64,000 bases of DNA from Roseburia hominis (GCA_963642055.1 CAVIFQ010000009.1:1322-65321); one strand, 5' to 3'; positions 8,184 to 18,167 are shown, counted from the stretch's first letter. The notes: a model not told the origin generated them from the letters alone. Program-made: numbers and translations.

Positions 8184-10061
8184 ATGATTCTTTATTGCGA
8201 CACGGTCAATAATTTCATCAATAGCTGCAACGGTGATAATCCTATCATCGGCCAGATGCTTTTGAATAAGTTCAAGGCCAATAATCTCAGTGGCGGCGGG
8301 AGCAGCGAATACAATTCCTGGATCCATTCTTTGCCGAAAGTGGCAGAGGCTTTGAAAGATGAATCAATCCCGAAAGAAGCCAATGTCGGCGTCGAATATA
8401 AGCTCATCGATACCAAGCAAAGGGTCGATTTCCTCATTTACGGGAAAGACGAGAGAGATATCGAAAACGTCGTCCTCATTGAGCTCAAGCAGTGGAGTTC
8501 GGTGAAAAGGTCCTCTTTGAAAGACTACGTGAATACCGATGGAGGGCACGGGAGCGATGATTATTGGCATCCATCCTATCAAGCCTATAACTACGCGAAC
8601 ATCATGAAGGCATTCAACGAGTATATCTACACCAATGGCGTTGAGGTGAATGCCTGCTCCTATCTCCACAATATGCCTGAAGGCTATAAAGGTATCATCG
8701 GCGATGATAAAGCTTTTCCTCTCATTCATGTGGCGCCGTCATTTTTGGAAGACGACCAGAAGAAACTGAGCGAATTCATTTCTCGATACATCAAAAAGCC
8801 CTATAAAGAGACTTTATACGAAATTGATGGCTCGAAGATCAAACCGAGCGAGTGTTTCTCGAAGATGGTATCTGATTCCATTCAAGGCAAGCCATTCTTC
8901 TCATATGATGCTGAGCAGTCATATTCCGTGGCCAAAATCGTCAATGAGGTGCAAGAGGCTTTAAAGAAGGGCGAAAGAAGGACACTCATCATCAAAGGAG
9001 GACCAGGAAGCGGCAAATCAATCGTCGCCATTAATGCGCTGGGGCAGTTGCTACATCCTAACGATGGGAGCGAGAGGAGAAATGCCTGTTACGTCACCGC
9101 CAATTTCACGCCCCGAACCTATTTTGGCGATGTTTTAGCGGACGATTTCTCAAAGAAAGCCATCAAGGAATTATTCAAGACGCCAGCGGCTTTCGCGAAA
9201 TCCAGCGCCTACGATTTCGATTGCATCATCGTCGATGAGGCTCACCGCATGCTCAAATGGAAATTCGGTTGGGGGTTAGGGAAAGAGGTCGATGTCATCG
9301 ATAAGCTCTTCAATGCCTCAAGAGTCAATGTCTTCTTGATCGATGAAGATCAAGTCGTGACCACATCCGATGATTTATCCATCAAGCAAATCAAGGAATA
9401 TGCCGATAAATATGGCTCTAGAGTCATTGAAGACACGAGGATGATTCTCTCTTCGCAGTTCAGGTGCGTGGGTGGGGAGCGATACATCGATTTCGTGAAC
9501 AAGATCCTTGGCTATACGAATGAATTCGTCTCCCTCAAAGGCATCCATTACGAGGTCAAGATCATGGAGACGATGGGCCAAATGATGAAAGAGTGGGAGA
9601 AGAAGCAGGAAAGCGGCCACCAGCTGCGCCTTATTGCCGGTTATACCCATGAATGGGTGAGCCAAGATGATGATTCCGCTTATGATTTTGATTACGAGGA
9701 CGGGAAAGTCCTCCTTAAGTGGAACGTCAAAAAAGCCGATCGCGCCGCCGTGCTTGATGATACGCAAGCCAAGAACGTCTTCTGCATTCACACCATTCAA
9801 GGACTAGAGGTCGAATACGCTGGCGTCATTATCGGGAAGGATATCACCTATAACAAAGAAAAAGGCCAAATCGAATTCCATCCGGAGATGAACGCCAAAA
9901 GCGATAAAGCTAGTGGCATCAGAACCGCTCCTCCCGTTTTAGCGGAAAAGCTCATCAAAAATACCTACAAGGTCCTTTTGACAAGAGGCGTCAAAGGAAC
10001 CTACATCTACGCTGAAGATGAATCTTTACGGGAATACCTCAAAGAGATAGTGAAGTATTGA
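8184..10061 (+). CDS. DUF2075-type nuclease-helicase (Nhi-like architecture)
   Basis: N-terminal PD-(D/E)xK-like motif (RVDFLIYG...VVLIELKQW), Walker A GGPGSGKS, Walker B IIVDEAH, C-terminal SF1 helicase-like block TIQGLEVEYAGVIIG. Confidence 0.75.
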   Translation: MILYCDTVNNFINSCNGDNPIIGQMLLNKFKANNLSGGGSSEYNSWIHSLPKVAEALKDESIPKEANVGVEYKLIDTKQRVDFLIYGKDERDIENVVLIELKQWSSVKRSSLKDYVNTDGGHGSDDYWHPSYQAYNYANIMKAFNEYIYTNGVEVNACSYLHNMPEGYKGIIGDDKAFPLIHVAPSFLEDDQKKLSEFISRYIKKPYKETLYEIDGSKIKPSECFSKMVSDSIQGKPFFSYDAEQSYSVAKIVNEVQEALKKGERRTLIIKGGPGSGKSIVAINALGQLLHPNDGSERRNACYVTANFTPRTYFGDVLADDFSKKAIKELFKTPAAFAKSSAYDFDCIIVDEAHRMLKWKFGWGLGKEVDVIDKLFNASRVNVFLIDEDQVVTTSDDLSIKQIKEYADKYGSRVIEDTRMILSSQFRCVGGERYIDFVNKILGYTNEFVSLKGIHYEVKIMETMGQMMKEWEKKQESGHQLRLIAGYTHEWVSQDDDSAYDFDYEDGKVLLKWNVKKADRAAVLDDTQAKNVFCIHTIQGLEVEYAGVIIGKDITYNKEKGQIEFHPEMNAKSDKASGIRTAPPVLAEKLIKNTYKVLLTRGVKGTYIYAEDESLREYLKEIVKY

Positions 10062-10357
10062 GATACCGTCTTTCTTTTGACGTATGCATTAAACGCTGAT
10101 CACGTTTTTAATGCGTTATATCTTGAATGGTGGTCAATGAAGGGCCACGTCCATAACTCGCAGATGGTTTTATCATTGGTTCACTTTTAATAAATTTGGA
10201 CTGTAACTCCAAATTTATTAAAATTCCGACGCAAGCAGCGCAAAAAGAGTGTCATTCTTCGAACGCCGAAAGTGCGTTTTGGTAGAAAAGTACCCCCACA
10301 AAGTTACCAAAATAATATAATAAACATGCATTTTGGTAAAGATAAGCAGGGGATTCG

Positions 10358-11794
10358 ATGAATATGAGCAACATCAAGACGCTTATAGGCAGAAATGAAG
10401 AAATAGATGTCTTGAGGGATTGCTTGGCATCCAAACAGCCACAATTCCTGGCTATTTATGGAAGAAGGGGCGTTGGGAAAACACATCTAGTAAAGCATTT
10501 TTTCGATGGGCGATTCTCTTTTTATTCGACGGGGTTCCCTCATAGTAACAAGAGAGATAGTTTATGCGCTTTCTCCGAATCGCTGATTTCATATGGCTAT
10601 CATTTGGATAATGAGCTTAAGGATTGGTTCCAGGCTTTCTCTTGTTTGAAGGCTCTTTTGAATTCGCCTGATTGTTACCGAGACGAAGAGACGGGCAAGC
10701 GTATTGTTTTCCTTGATGAGCTTCCTTGGATGGATTCGAAAGGGAGCGACTTCAAGCCGGCGCTTGATTATTTTTGGAATACATACGGATCAACGGAAAA
10801 CGATCTGCTTCTTATTGTCTGTGGATCAGCTACCTCTTGGATCATCAATAATATCTTAAAAGACGTCGGTGGATTCTATAACCGCATCACCAATCTGATT
10901 CATTTGTTGCCTTTCAATTTGAAGGAATGCCTCGCTCTAGCGAAATTAAAGGATCTCGATTATGACGCACCGACAATTTGCAGAGCCTATATGGTTTTCG
11001 GCGGAATCCCGTATTACTGGAATCTTTTAATGCCCTCCAAAAGCCTTGATCAGGAAATCAATCGTCTTTGCTTCTCGGAGAGTGGGGCTCTTCGTTACGA
11101 GTTTCCGAATTTGTTCAGCTCTTTGTTCTCGAAGAGCGAGAAGCATCGATCCATCATCGAGGCCCTATCAAAGAAAAGCTCCGGACTCACGAGGAACGAT
11201 TTGATCGATATGGGTCTAGAAAGCGGTGGGAACAATCTCACGAAGTGCTTGGAGGAACTAGAGCAATGCGGATTCATCAGACACTTCAATAGGCCCAATA
11301 AAGCCAATAACTGCTTTTATCAAATCATCGATCCCTTCACGCGTTTTGCTTTGAATTTCATTCAAAAAGAGAAGACGAGCTCTTGGCTTACTTATATTGA
11401 TTCCCCTTCCTATTATGCGTTTCTTGGGAATGCTTTCGAGACCCTTTGCCTCAACCATATCAAGGAGATAAAAAGCGCCATCGGGATTTCAGATATCGAA
11501 ACAAATGAATATTCCTGGCGGAGCAAAAGCCACACTCCAGGTGCGCAGATAGACCTGCTTATCGATAGGAAAGACGGCATCATCAATCTCTGCGAGATGA
11601 AATATGCCTCTTCCGCTTTCCTCATCGATAAGAATTACGCCGCGAATCTCGAAAACAAGAAGGTGGCGTTTATCGAGGAGAGCAAAACGAAAAGCACCGT
11701 ACGCTTGGCTTTTATCAGCCCTAAAGGGGTTAAGAGTAACGAGTATTCTTCTTCGATCAGGAACGTTGTCACTCTCGACGATCTATTCAAATAG
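10358..11794 (+). CDS. AAA/Arch-ATPase family protein with C-terminal PD-(D/E)xK-like motif (DUF234-type)
   Basis: Walker A YGRRGVGKTHL, Walker B VFLDELPW, nuclease-like QIDLLIDRKDGIINLCEMKY. Confidence 0.8.
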   Translation: MNMSNIKTLIGRNEEIDVLRDCLASKQPQFLAIYGRRGVGKTHLVKHFFDGRFSFYSTGFPHSNKRDSLCAFSESLISYGYHLDNELKDWFQAFSCLKALLNSPDCYRDEETGKRIVFLDELPWMDSKGSDFKPALDYFWNTYGSTENDLLLIVCGSATSWIINNILKDVGGFYNRITNLIHLLPFNLKECLALAKLKDLDYDAPTICRAYMVFGGIPYYWNLLMPSKSLDQEINRLCFSESGALRYEFPNLFSSLFSKSEKHRSIIEALSKKSSGLTRNDLIDMGLESGGNNLTKCLEELEQCGFIRHFNRPNKANNCFYQIIDPFTRFALNFIQKEKTSSWLTYIDSPSYYAFLGNAFETLCLNHIKEIKSAIGISDIETNEYSWRSKSHTPGAQIDLLIDRKDGIINLCEMKYASSAFLIDKNYAANLENKKVAFIEESKTKSTVRLAFISPKGVKSNEYSSSIRNVVTLDDLFK

Positions 11795-11905
11795 GCTTTG
11801 GTTATTGCGTTTTGAGTAGGCAACTTGATGCATACAAGAATATCTTGGATTCATCGAATCTTTTGCCGAATAGTTGCTTGGTCAATGGCTTGAAAAGAAA
11901 AGGGT

Positions 11906-13252
11906 TTATCTTCGCTTCACGTAGTAGCCGCCGTTTTTGGGTGCTCCTATGAATTCCACGTAATCCGCCAAGTTGCGCTTGAGCGAGTTTTTGACCATGT
12001 CGAGAGTGGGGTTGAAGTGATATTTCCGCATGCCTTTTTGAATCTCGGTGGCATTGCACCCTTCGTTCTTCTTTATGTAAGTCAAGATCATGATTTCGAT
12101 TCTCGATAGTCTTTTTTGCTCACTTCGCTCATATTCCTTTGATTCCTTTTCGTTATCTTTCCGGTAATTGAGATTGGGGAGAGTGAGGATGAAGAAATTG
12201 TCGCTTGGCTCAAAGAGCGGTTTCCTTTCTGAGTCCCTATAAGCATCAAGAATCTTATGGATGCCGGTGCCGAAATTTTCGATGTAGCCAAGCTTATTGA
12301 GGATATTGACCAAACCGGGGTTTCGATACGTCTGGACATCGTTTAGGATATGCCCGAGCCTCGCTTCATATATCCCGCCCGGATTGATGATTCTGACCTT
12401 ATCAATGAAAAACTCGATTTTGATGTTTGACCTGATGAAGTAATTCGCGTGGGCGAAAGCGTTCAAGATAGCTTCGCGCAAGGAAGCCCCGGGATAAGAG
12501 CTGGTTTCTTTCCTTGCCCAGGAGTTTTCGTCGATTATAGAGGAGACATCATTGTAGTTGCCCGCTTTTTCTAGGACGTTATCAAGGATTTTAAGCAGAG
12601 AGCCACTGTATTCCTTTTTGACCAAGAAGTTCCTACTTTCGTCGTATTTGGCGAGCTTCACGATGAGAGGTGACTGATCGGACATCCATAAGGCGAGATT
12701 CGTGTATTCGCCTCTTTTGTTTATCATCCTTAAAGAGGTCATGTTGCCCTCATCAAGAAGAAGATTATGGTTTAAGCAAACCTCCTTGAAATAAGAGAAA
12801 GTGAGTTCCTGCTCTTCGGAGATATCTTCTTCATAGTTACAGTGCCTAGAATCGAGGATCATCAAAAGGATCTCGCTTTCATCTACCATCACCGAGGAAG
12901 TCCCTACTCTTTTGTAGACTCCGCTCGACCTAGGTCCTTTCTCTTTCAGATAGTAGGGCTTATAGGCGCCTTCTTCGATATCGATGACGAATACCCCGTC
13001 ATCGTTAAAATGATAATGGATGAATTTCGAGACGTTTGGATAAAAGGCATCGTTGATCCAATTCGATATCTTCTCCTCCATCTCATCTTTCTCTTTTTCG
13101 CTCCAAACGGCTTCAACTTCTCCTTCATCAGTAACGCCAACGTAAATCGTACCGCCTCTTGTATTGAGGAAGGCGATGATTTCCTTTTTCGTATCGTCAG
13201 TCAAAATCTCTTTGAGCTCGCTTTTCGCGGATTTTACGTATTTCATGCTCAC
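11906..13252 (-). CDS. AlbA_2 (Schlafen-like) domain protein with ATPase-like middle region and C-terminal wHTH
   Basis: N-terminal AFLNTRGGTIYVGVTDEGEV (AlbA_2 signature). REAILNAFAHANY block typical of the HATPase_c_4 region. C-terminal wHTH. Confidence 0.7.
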   Translation of the reverse strand: MSMKYVKSAKSELKEILTDDTKKEIIAFLNTRGGTIYVGVTDEGEVEAVWSEKEKDEMEEKISNWINDAFYPNVSKFIHYHFNDDGVFVIDIEEGAYKPYYLKEKGPRSSGVYKRVGTSSVMVDESEILLMILDSRHCNYEEDISEEQELTFSYFKEVCLNHNLLLDEGNMTSLRMINKRGEYTNLALWMSDQSPLIVKLAKYDESRNFLVKKEYSGSLLKILDNVLEKAGNYNDVSSIIDENSWARKETSSYPGASLREAILNAFAHANYFIRSNIKIEFFIDKVRIINPGGIYEARLGHILNDVQTYRNPGLVNILNKLGYIENFGTGIHKILDAYRDSERKPLFEPSDNFFILTLPNLNYRKDNEKESKEYERSEQKRLSRIEIMILTYIKKNEGCNATEIQKGMRKYHFNPTLDMVKNSLKRNLADYVEFIGAPKNGGYYVKRR

Positions 13253-13258
13253 CCTCCT

Positions 13259-13300
13259 TTTACTGGGTCACCAAAATATAATACATGTTGACCCAGTAAA
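13259..13300. promoter_or_regulatory. perfect 12-bp inverted repeat TTTACTGGGTCA-N18-TGACCCAGTAAA abutting the RBS of 11906..13252
   Basis: Read directly. The spacer contains TATAAT/TATTAT-like AT-rich hexamers on the minus strand. Confidence 0.6.
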
Positions 13301-13417
13301 TCAATAAGCAAGCAAAAAAATTAAGAGAGTATTGGATATTTACAAGGTCATACAGAGTCAATGCATCTAAATATTTCCAGCTATTTTTATTGTGACACGC
13401 TTGAGCGTTTCGCCAAA

Positions 13418-13445
13418 ATTTTTGTTGTATAATGCGTTGTATAAT
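13418..13445 (+). repeat. 28-nt element ATTTTTGTTGTATAATGCGTTGTATAAT (copy 2 of 3)
   Basis: Identical to 7912-7939. Lies between two minus-strand genes. Confidence 0.85.
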
Positions 13446-13505
13446 GAATGCCTCTTAATTGCTTTTGTGGCCCTATAGGCAAGGAGACTCACCGTTTATT
13501 TAGCA

Positions 13506-16124
13506 TCAAAATCTGTCGAGGTCAGTTTTGATTTTCAGTAAGCAGGATTCGATCTGCTTCTTCATTTCCTGAACTTTGTTTTTCTCTTCACTCATGGCTT
13601 TATAGTCGATTTTGTATTCCTTGAGATACCAATTGTCGGAGTATTCGTTTCGCTCTAGAAGCCCCAACTCTTCTTTACGCTCTTCGAGCTTTCTCCATAT
13701 ATCGGTTGTGGCCTTGACGGTTTTTAAATCTATAAGGATTTGATCGGTCGCTAAACGGTAATCGAGGTAGCAGATGGAGCTGAAATATTCTTCATCCCAT
13801 TTGCTCTTTCCTTCAAAGGGGAACAAGGAATTGAGCTGCTCTGTCTGGAATTTGATCCAGTCATTGCTTTTAGGCATATTCGCCGGGTCATAGACGATCT
13901 TGCCTTCGGATGAGAGTGAAGATAAAGCCTCACGGATAATCTCGCCTTTCTTCTTCCAGAGGAAGTAGGCCTTCAAGGAATCTTTCTTTAGATAAATGAC
14001 GAGTTGACTCGCCTCAATCCCGAATTCCTTGAGCAAAATGGCGGCGCATTGAATATGATATTCGGGCCGATAGTTCGTATAGACTTCGATATCTTCGCCA
14101 ATCGAGGAGTACCAGTCTTCTTTTTCGGTTGAGTGACGGATGAAAGACTTCTTCGGTTTCCCTTTCCAGGGGTAGTAGTTTTCGCTCGCGAGCTTCCTCA
14201 TCTTCTCGGGATACATCTCTAATAATGATTTTGCAACGCTTACGAGGATATCGGCGTAATTATTCACCGTCGTTTCTTTGCCGAAAAGTTTATAAGATAC
14301 GGGTTTCCCGAAGCGGAAGATATCATCGCGGTCAAGCGAGCAGATTATTTCGACGGTGTCGAAGAATTTGATACCGCTTATATCGGGTTTCTCCAATCTG
14401 AATTTACTAGAGACAATCGAAGATAAACGCTCGCCACGTTTCTCGATTTCCTCTTTGCCGAAGCTCACTTGCTCAGGATCGAAATCCTTATTGAGCACGA
14501 CGAACTTGGAGTCGTCCGTCTTTAGGAGGATATCCCTCTTCTCGATGAAGGAGTTATTCGACATGACGCTGTTCTTCTTTTGGGAACTGAGCGAGAGATT
14601 GCCCAAGGTATTGAGGTATTTATTATGGATATCTTCGTAATCGCTCCCAAGCGTAGCGATCCACTCCTCACTCAAAGTCTGGGGCATTATATGCTCCACC
14701 GAGACGCTTTTGGCGAAGGTGAATTCGTTATAGGGTTCAGGGTATCTCCCATTTTCGATCTTATAGAGGAGATAAGTCGAGAATTTCACGTTTTTGTAGA
14801 TCTCAGCCGTTTTGAGGGCTTCTTTCGTCTCGCTTTCGCTCCTTAAGCGGTCATTGGTCTCTAGCTGAGACAAGAAAGCATATATTGCCTCATAGTATTT
14901 GCTCTTGTTGCCTTCGATTTTATAGACGCGGTTATATAGGCTCAGCATGAAGCCGCGGAGAGAGCGCGTGGGAACGCCGCATATCGTTCTCCTCACTAGA
15001 TATACGATGATGAGATTGATGACTTTATTCAGAGTATCTTCATCGATTATCCCTGCCTCTTTATCGAGGAATACCCTCATCAAAAACGGGTAAGCGGTGC
15101 TTTGCCCCATATCGCGGAGCTCTTGCATGAGCATGTTCGTGCTTGCGGAAAATGAAGGGGTATCTCTAAGGAAGGGCTGATAGATTTTCGCTACGTTATA
15201 TAGATCGATGAGGAGTTTTTCTTTGTTTACGGATTCCTCGTTTCTTGATTCTTCGTTGGCGAAGCGGACGTATTCGCGGTAGATATCCTCGTAATTGATG
15301 GCGTAGCCCTTCTTCATCATCAAATAGTCGAAGACGAAGCTCTCCATGCTCTCTTCGCCGATGATGGTATCCTGGATAGCCTTCCAGTATTTCTTATAGA
15401 GTTCCTCCTGATCAGGAGCGGACATAAGCAGATAATTCCTGATCAAATCGGCATTGGAGAGTTTGATGCCAAGCGAGTTTATGCTCTCGAAAATAGCCTG
15501 GGAATCTTCGTCTTTTTCTAGCTTGATGACCACGACGATGAGGCGTTTCAAACCCTTGAGGATAATGTTTCTCGCATAATCCCCATCGACGCAGTCTTTC
15601 TTCAGCCTCTCATAAATGGTTTTGAAATTGCCATAGAGGTTATTCTCTTCGTTTTTACTGATGCTTGGATTATTTTCGATTTCATTGAAGGATTCGGCTT
15701 TCATTATCGCTTCAAAGGTATCTATGTCATGTTCGCTTGGTTTCAATACGAGCCCCTTTTCGCGTTCCTTGGAGTTTATGTAGATATAATCCGGTATTTC
15801 CTCGTAGACGTATTTATACCCATCATCCTCAAGATGGTCTTTGCTTAGTAGATGGAGCGCTTTCAAAATGAGTATGATGGTCATCGTTCTCTGCTGACCA
15901 TCCACAAGATGCTTTTTTTCGACGCCTATTCCGCTCCATTGCTGATAGATCAAAGTACCGGTGAAGTGCTCTTTGTTCGTTTTTCCGGCTTTTTCGATAT
16001 CGTCGATGAGGCGGATAGACTGCTCGCTCGTCCACTTATATTTTCTTTGATAGATCGGTATGACGTATTGTTGATTGTTCGTCCCCAATAAGTCATTCAA
16101 CAAAGTGATTTTGCCCGCTTCCAT
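13506..16124 (-). CDS. GmrSD-like type IV restriction protein (DUF262 + DUF1524) with extra C-terminal domain
   Basis: DUF262 motifs YVIPIYQRKYKW and VDGQQRT. DUF1524 His-Me-finger-like SVEHIMPQ ... LGNLSLSSQKKNS. About 290 further residues of unknown function. Confidence 0.85.
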   Translation of the reverse strand: MEAGKITLLNDLLGTNNQQYVIPIYQRKYKWTSEQSIRLIDDIEKAGKTNKEHFTGTLIYQQWSGIGVEKKHLVDGQQRTMTIILILKALHLLSKDHLEDDGYKYVYEEIPDYIYINSKEREKGLVLKPSEHDIDTFEAIMKAESFNEIENNPSISKNEENNLYGNFKTIYERLKKDCVDGDYARNIILKGLKRLIVVVIKLEKDEDSQAIFESINSLGIKLSNADLIRNYLLMSAPDQEELYKKYWKAIQDTIIGEESMESFVFDYLMMKKGYAINYEDIYREYVRFANEESRNEESVNKEKLLIDLYNVAKIYQPFLRDTPSFSASTNMLMQELRDMGQSTAYPFLMRVFLDKEAGIIDEDTLNKVINLIIVYLVRRTICGVPTRSLRGFMLSLYNRVYKIEGNKSKYYEAIYAFLSQLETNDRLRSESETKEALKTAEIYKNVKFSTYLLYKIENGRYPEPYNEFTFAKSVSVEHIMPQTLSEEWIATLGSDYEDIHNKYLNTLGNLSLSSQKKNSVMSNNSFIEKRDILLKTDDSKFVVLNKDFDPEQVSFGKEEIEKRGERLSSIVSSKFRLEKPDISGIKFFDTVEIICSLDRDDIFRFGKPVSYKLFGKETTVNNYADILVSVAKSLLEMYPEKMRKLASENYYPWKGKPKKSFIRHSTEKEDWYSSIGEDIEVYTNYRPEYHIQCAAILLKEFGIEASQLVIYLKKDSLKAYFLWKKKGEIIREALSSLSSEGKIVYDPANMPKSNDWIKFQTEQLNSLFPFEGKSKWDEEYFSSICYLDYRLATDQILIDLKTVKATTDIWRKLEERKEELGLLERNEYSDNWYLKEYKIDYKAMSEEKNKVQEMKKQIESCLLKIKTDLDRF

Positions 16125-16406
16125 ATCGCACCCCTTATTTTCGTGGCGGAGAATACGCTTAAGCCTTCTTCGCTTTGCGTTTTTCTCGCCGATAATTTGT
16201 CTAGATAAGTATCCCCCAATTTCTCCTGGCCATAAAGAGTGAATGGATTGGTTAATCGGTTTGACGACTTTTCTGCTTTTTGCCGATTTTGATGGCGAGA
16301 ATCTTGAATAGCGATAATGAAAAAGTAGTGGGGCAATTGCGTGAAATCAAAGCGTTAGATCGACGGTTGACTGAGTGAGGGACGGCGCCTTACTGGTTAA
16401 ATTCCT

Positions 16407-16429
16407 GTTGTATAATAATGTTGTATAAT
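16407..16429 (+). repeat. GTTGTATAAT-aat-GTTGTATAAT (copy 3, diverged)
   Basis: cctGTTGTATAATaatGTTGTATAATgg, same strand as copies 1 and 2. Confidence 0.8.
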
Positions 16430-16612
16430 GGATTGCGCCTGAACGATATAGTGGCGGAAAAATCTAGGTTTTTTAGGTTTTGTAACCCCATATATTTTTG
16501 TCAGATGAGTTCGTTTTTTAGACGTTATTCGAGAGTAAGCGAACGCGAAAATGAATCACCTTATAAAGGCAAGAAATGCCAGCTGCTCCAGCTCTCTTAA
16601 CGAGCTGCCTAC

Positions 16613-16670
16613 AATTTATCACCAACCAATTTATCACCAACCAAAAATGAAAAAATGGTTGGTAATAAAT
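16613..16670 (+). repeat. left copy of about 58-bp direct repeat bracketing 16746..18155
   Basis: AATTTATCACCAACC AATTTATCACCAACC AAAAATGAAAAAA TGGTTGGTAATAAAT (two direct words plus one inverted word). Confidence 0.9.
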
Positions 16671-16745
16671 CTATGTTCGTGATGCCTTTGATGAATAGAA
16701 TGACAAAACGAGGCTAAATGTTCGTCCGCTGTTTTGAACGTAGGT

Positions 16746-18155
16746 TCAGCAGTTCACCTTCCAATATCCGGTTTTGTTTGAGCCGATCCTTTCGAGCATG
16801 TTCTCGTTTTTCAAGAACTTTATGTTTTTGTCGATCGCGGTTTCGCTCACGCCGATTAAAACAGAGAGGTCACGTTTGGTTATGCTCGGGTTATGCTTCA
16901 TCTCTTCTAAGAGTTTGGTTCTATTTTCGCTCAGCCCGGCTTTGCTGTTGCTTTCGCTTTTGGCTTTGTTTCCGTTTTTCTTACCGACGATTCTATTCAT
17001 ATTGAAAGGAATCGTGACAACGATTGAATTGTCTCTGAATTCGAAGGCTTTCTTTGAATAAGTTTCAACGATTCTAGGCACGCCTCTTCCGGATTTATCG
17101 CTGATTCTCAGTTGAGCGAAAATCTCCGAGAGCTTATCGTTCACCGGCACCGATTCCCCAAGATAAAAGCCTTCGATGGTCTGGGCTGGGGCGATGCTGC
17201 CGCGTGAGAGGATCTCGATTCGATTCGAGAAAACCGAAATCATTGGCTCATTTCCGTTCACCCACTTGTTGTGCAAGACCGCATTCACGATAGCTTCGTT
17301 ATAGGATTTGATGTCGAAGAGCGGAGATTCTTTCCTCTCTTCCTTACGGTTCGTCTCATCGGATTGGATGATGTTCAAGACATCGCCATAGTCCAATAGG
17401 TTCTTAAGTGAATAGAGAATGCAATCGAACCCGAACTCCTTTATCGCATATAAATCCGATCCCTTGCTCTCTCCTTCGAAAATCGAAAGGCGCAGCGGCA
17501 AATGGGAATTGTCCGACAATAGCTGCGCCAAGATGTTGTACTTCCCTTCGCTCGTGAGCAAGGAAAGATTCTTTTTGAAAGTGGCCTTCCTTAACTCTAT
17601 CCCTTTCGATCCGTAATACATGAAAAGCTTCTCGAAAGTCAGATCTTGATAGATGGACTCCGTGTTCACGATAGTGGGGTAGCCAGTGTCTAAAGCCTTA
17701 AACAGTCTTTTCTCGAGCTCCGGATTGTCTTTGATCGACGTCTTCGAGGAGCCAATGCGAACATATCTTTCGCAATTAAAGGAGGTCGGTATGTTGGAGG
17801 CTGCACCGATTATGAGGATCACGACCCTATTGCCTTTTATTTCTCCTTCGATGAATTCCAGTTTGATCTTTGGGTTCAAGTTCCTATTAAGGTAATTCTG
17901 GTAGGGCTCTTTTTTATAATCCTGGAACTGATCGAAGTTCGTGTTCGTGAACTCATGGGTTTCATCATCTATTCCCCAAACAAAATAGCCTTCGCTTTTC
18001 CCAACGAGGGCGCATGAATTCGAGATTGCGCTGACGTATTCCCCGAGCTGAACTGGCTCAAACCAGTTGCTCTTGAACTCAAACCATTCGCGCTCTTTGC
18101 TGTATTGTCTTAGTTCATTGACGATTTTCTCGACCCTTGCATTATCGTTTTTCAT
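16746..18155 (-). CDS. AlbA_2 (Schlafen-like) domain protein with ATPase-like region and C-terminal wHTH
   Basis: EWFEFKSNWF...ISNSCALVGKSEGYFVWGIDDETHE (AlbA_2). EAIVNAVLHNKW block. C-terminal wHTH ITKRDLSVLIGVSETAIDKNIKFLKNENMLERIG. Confidence 0.72.
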   Translation of the reverse strand: MKNDNARVEKIVNELRQYSKEREWFEFKSNWFEPVQLGEYVSAISNSCALVGKSEGYFVWGIDDETHEFTNTNFDQFQDYKKEPYQNYLNRNLNPKIKLEFIEGEIKGNRVVILIIGAASNIPTSFNCERYVRIGSSKTSIKDNPELEKRLFKALDTGYPTIVNTESIYQDLTFEKLFMYYGSKGIELRKATFKKNLSLLTSEGKYNILAQLLSDNSHLPLRLSIFEGESKGSDLYAIKEFGFDCILYSLKNLLDYGDVLNIIQSDETNRKEERKESPLFDIKSYNEAIVNAVLHNKWVNGNEPMISVFSNRIEILSRGSIAPAQTIEGFYLGESVPVNDKLSEIFAQLRISDKSGRGVPRIVETYSKKAFEFRDNSIVVTIPFNMNRIVGKKNGNKAKSESNSKAGLSENRTKLLEEMKHNPSITKRDLSVLIGVSETAIDKNIKFLKNENMLERIGSNKTGYWKVNC

Positions 18156-18167
18156 CTACTGCCCTCC

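Noticed and set aside
16097-16336. 79-aa ORF overlapping the start of the GmrSD-like gene in its long 5' region
   Set aside because: Basic low-complexity sequence, overlap with a confident start and no RBS. The 620-nt intergenic region is better explained by the repeat elements it contains.
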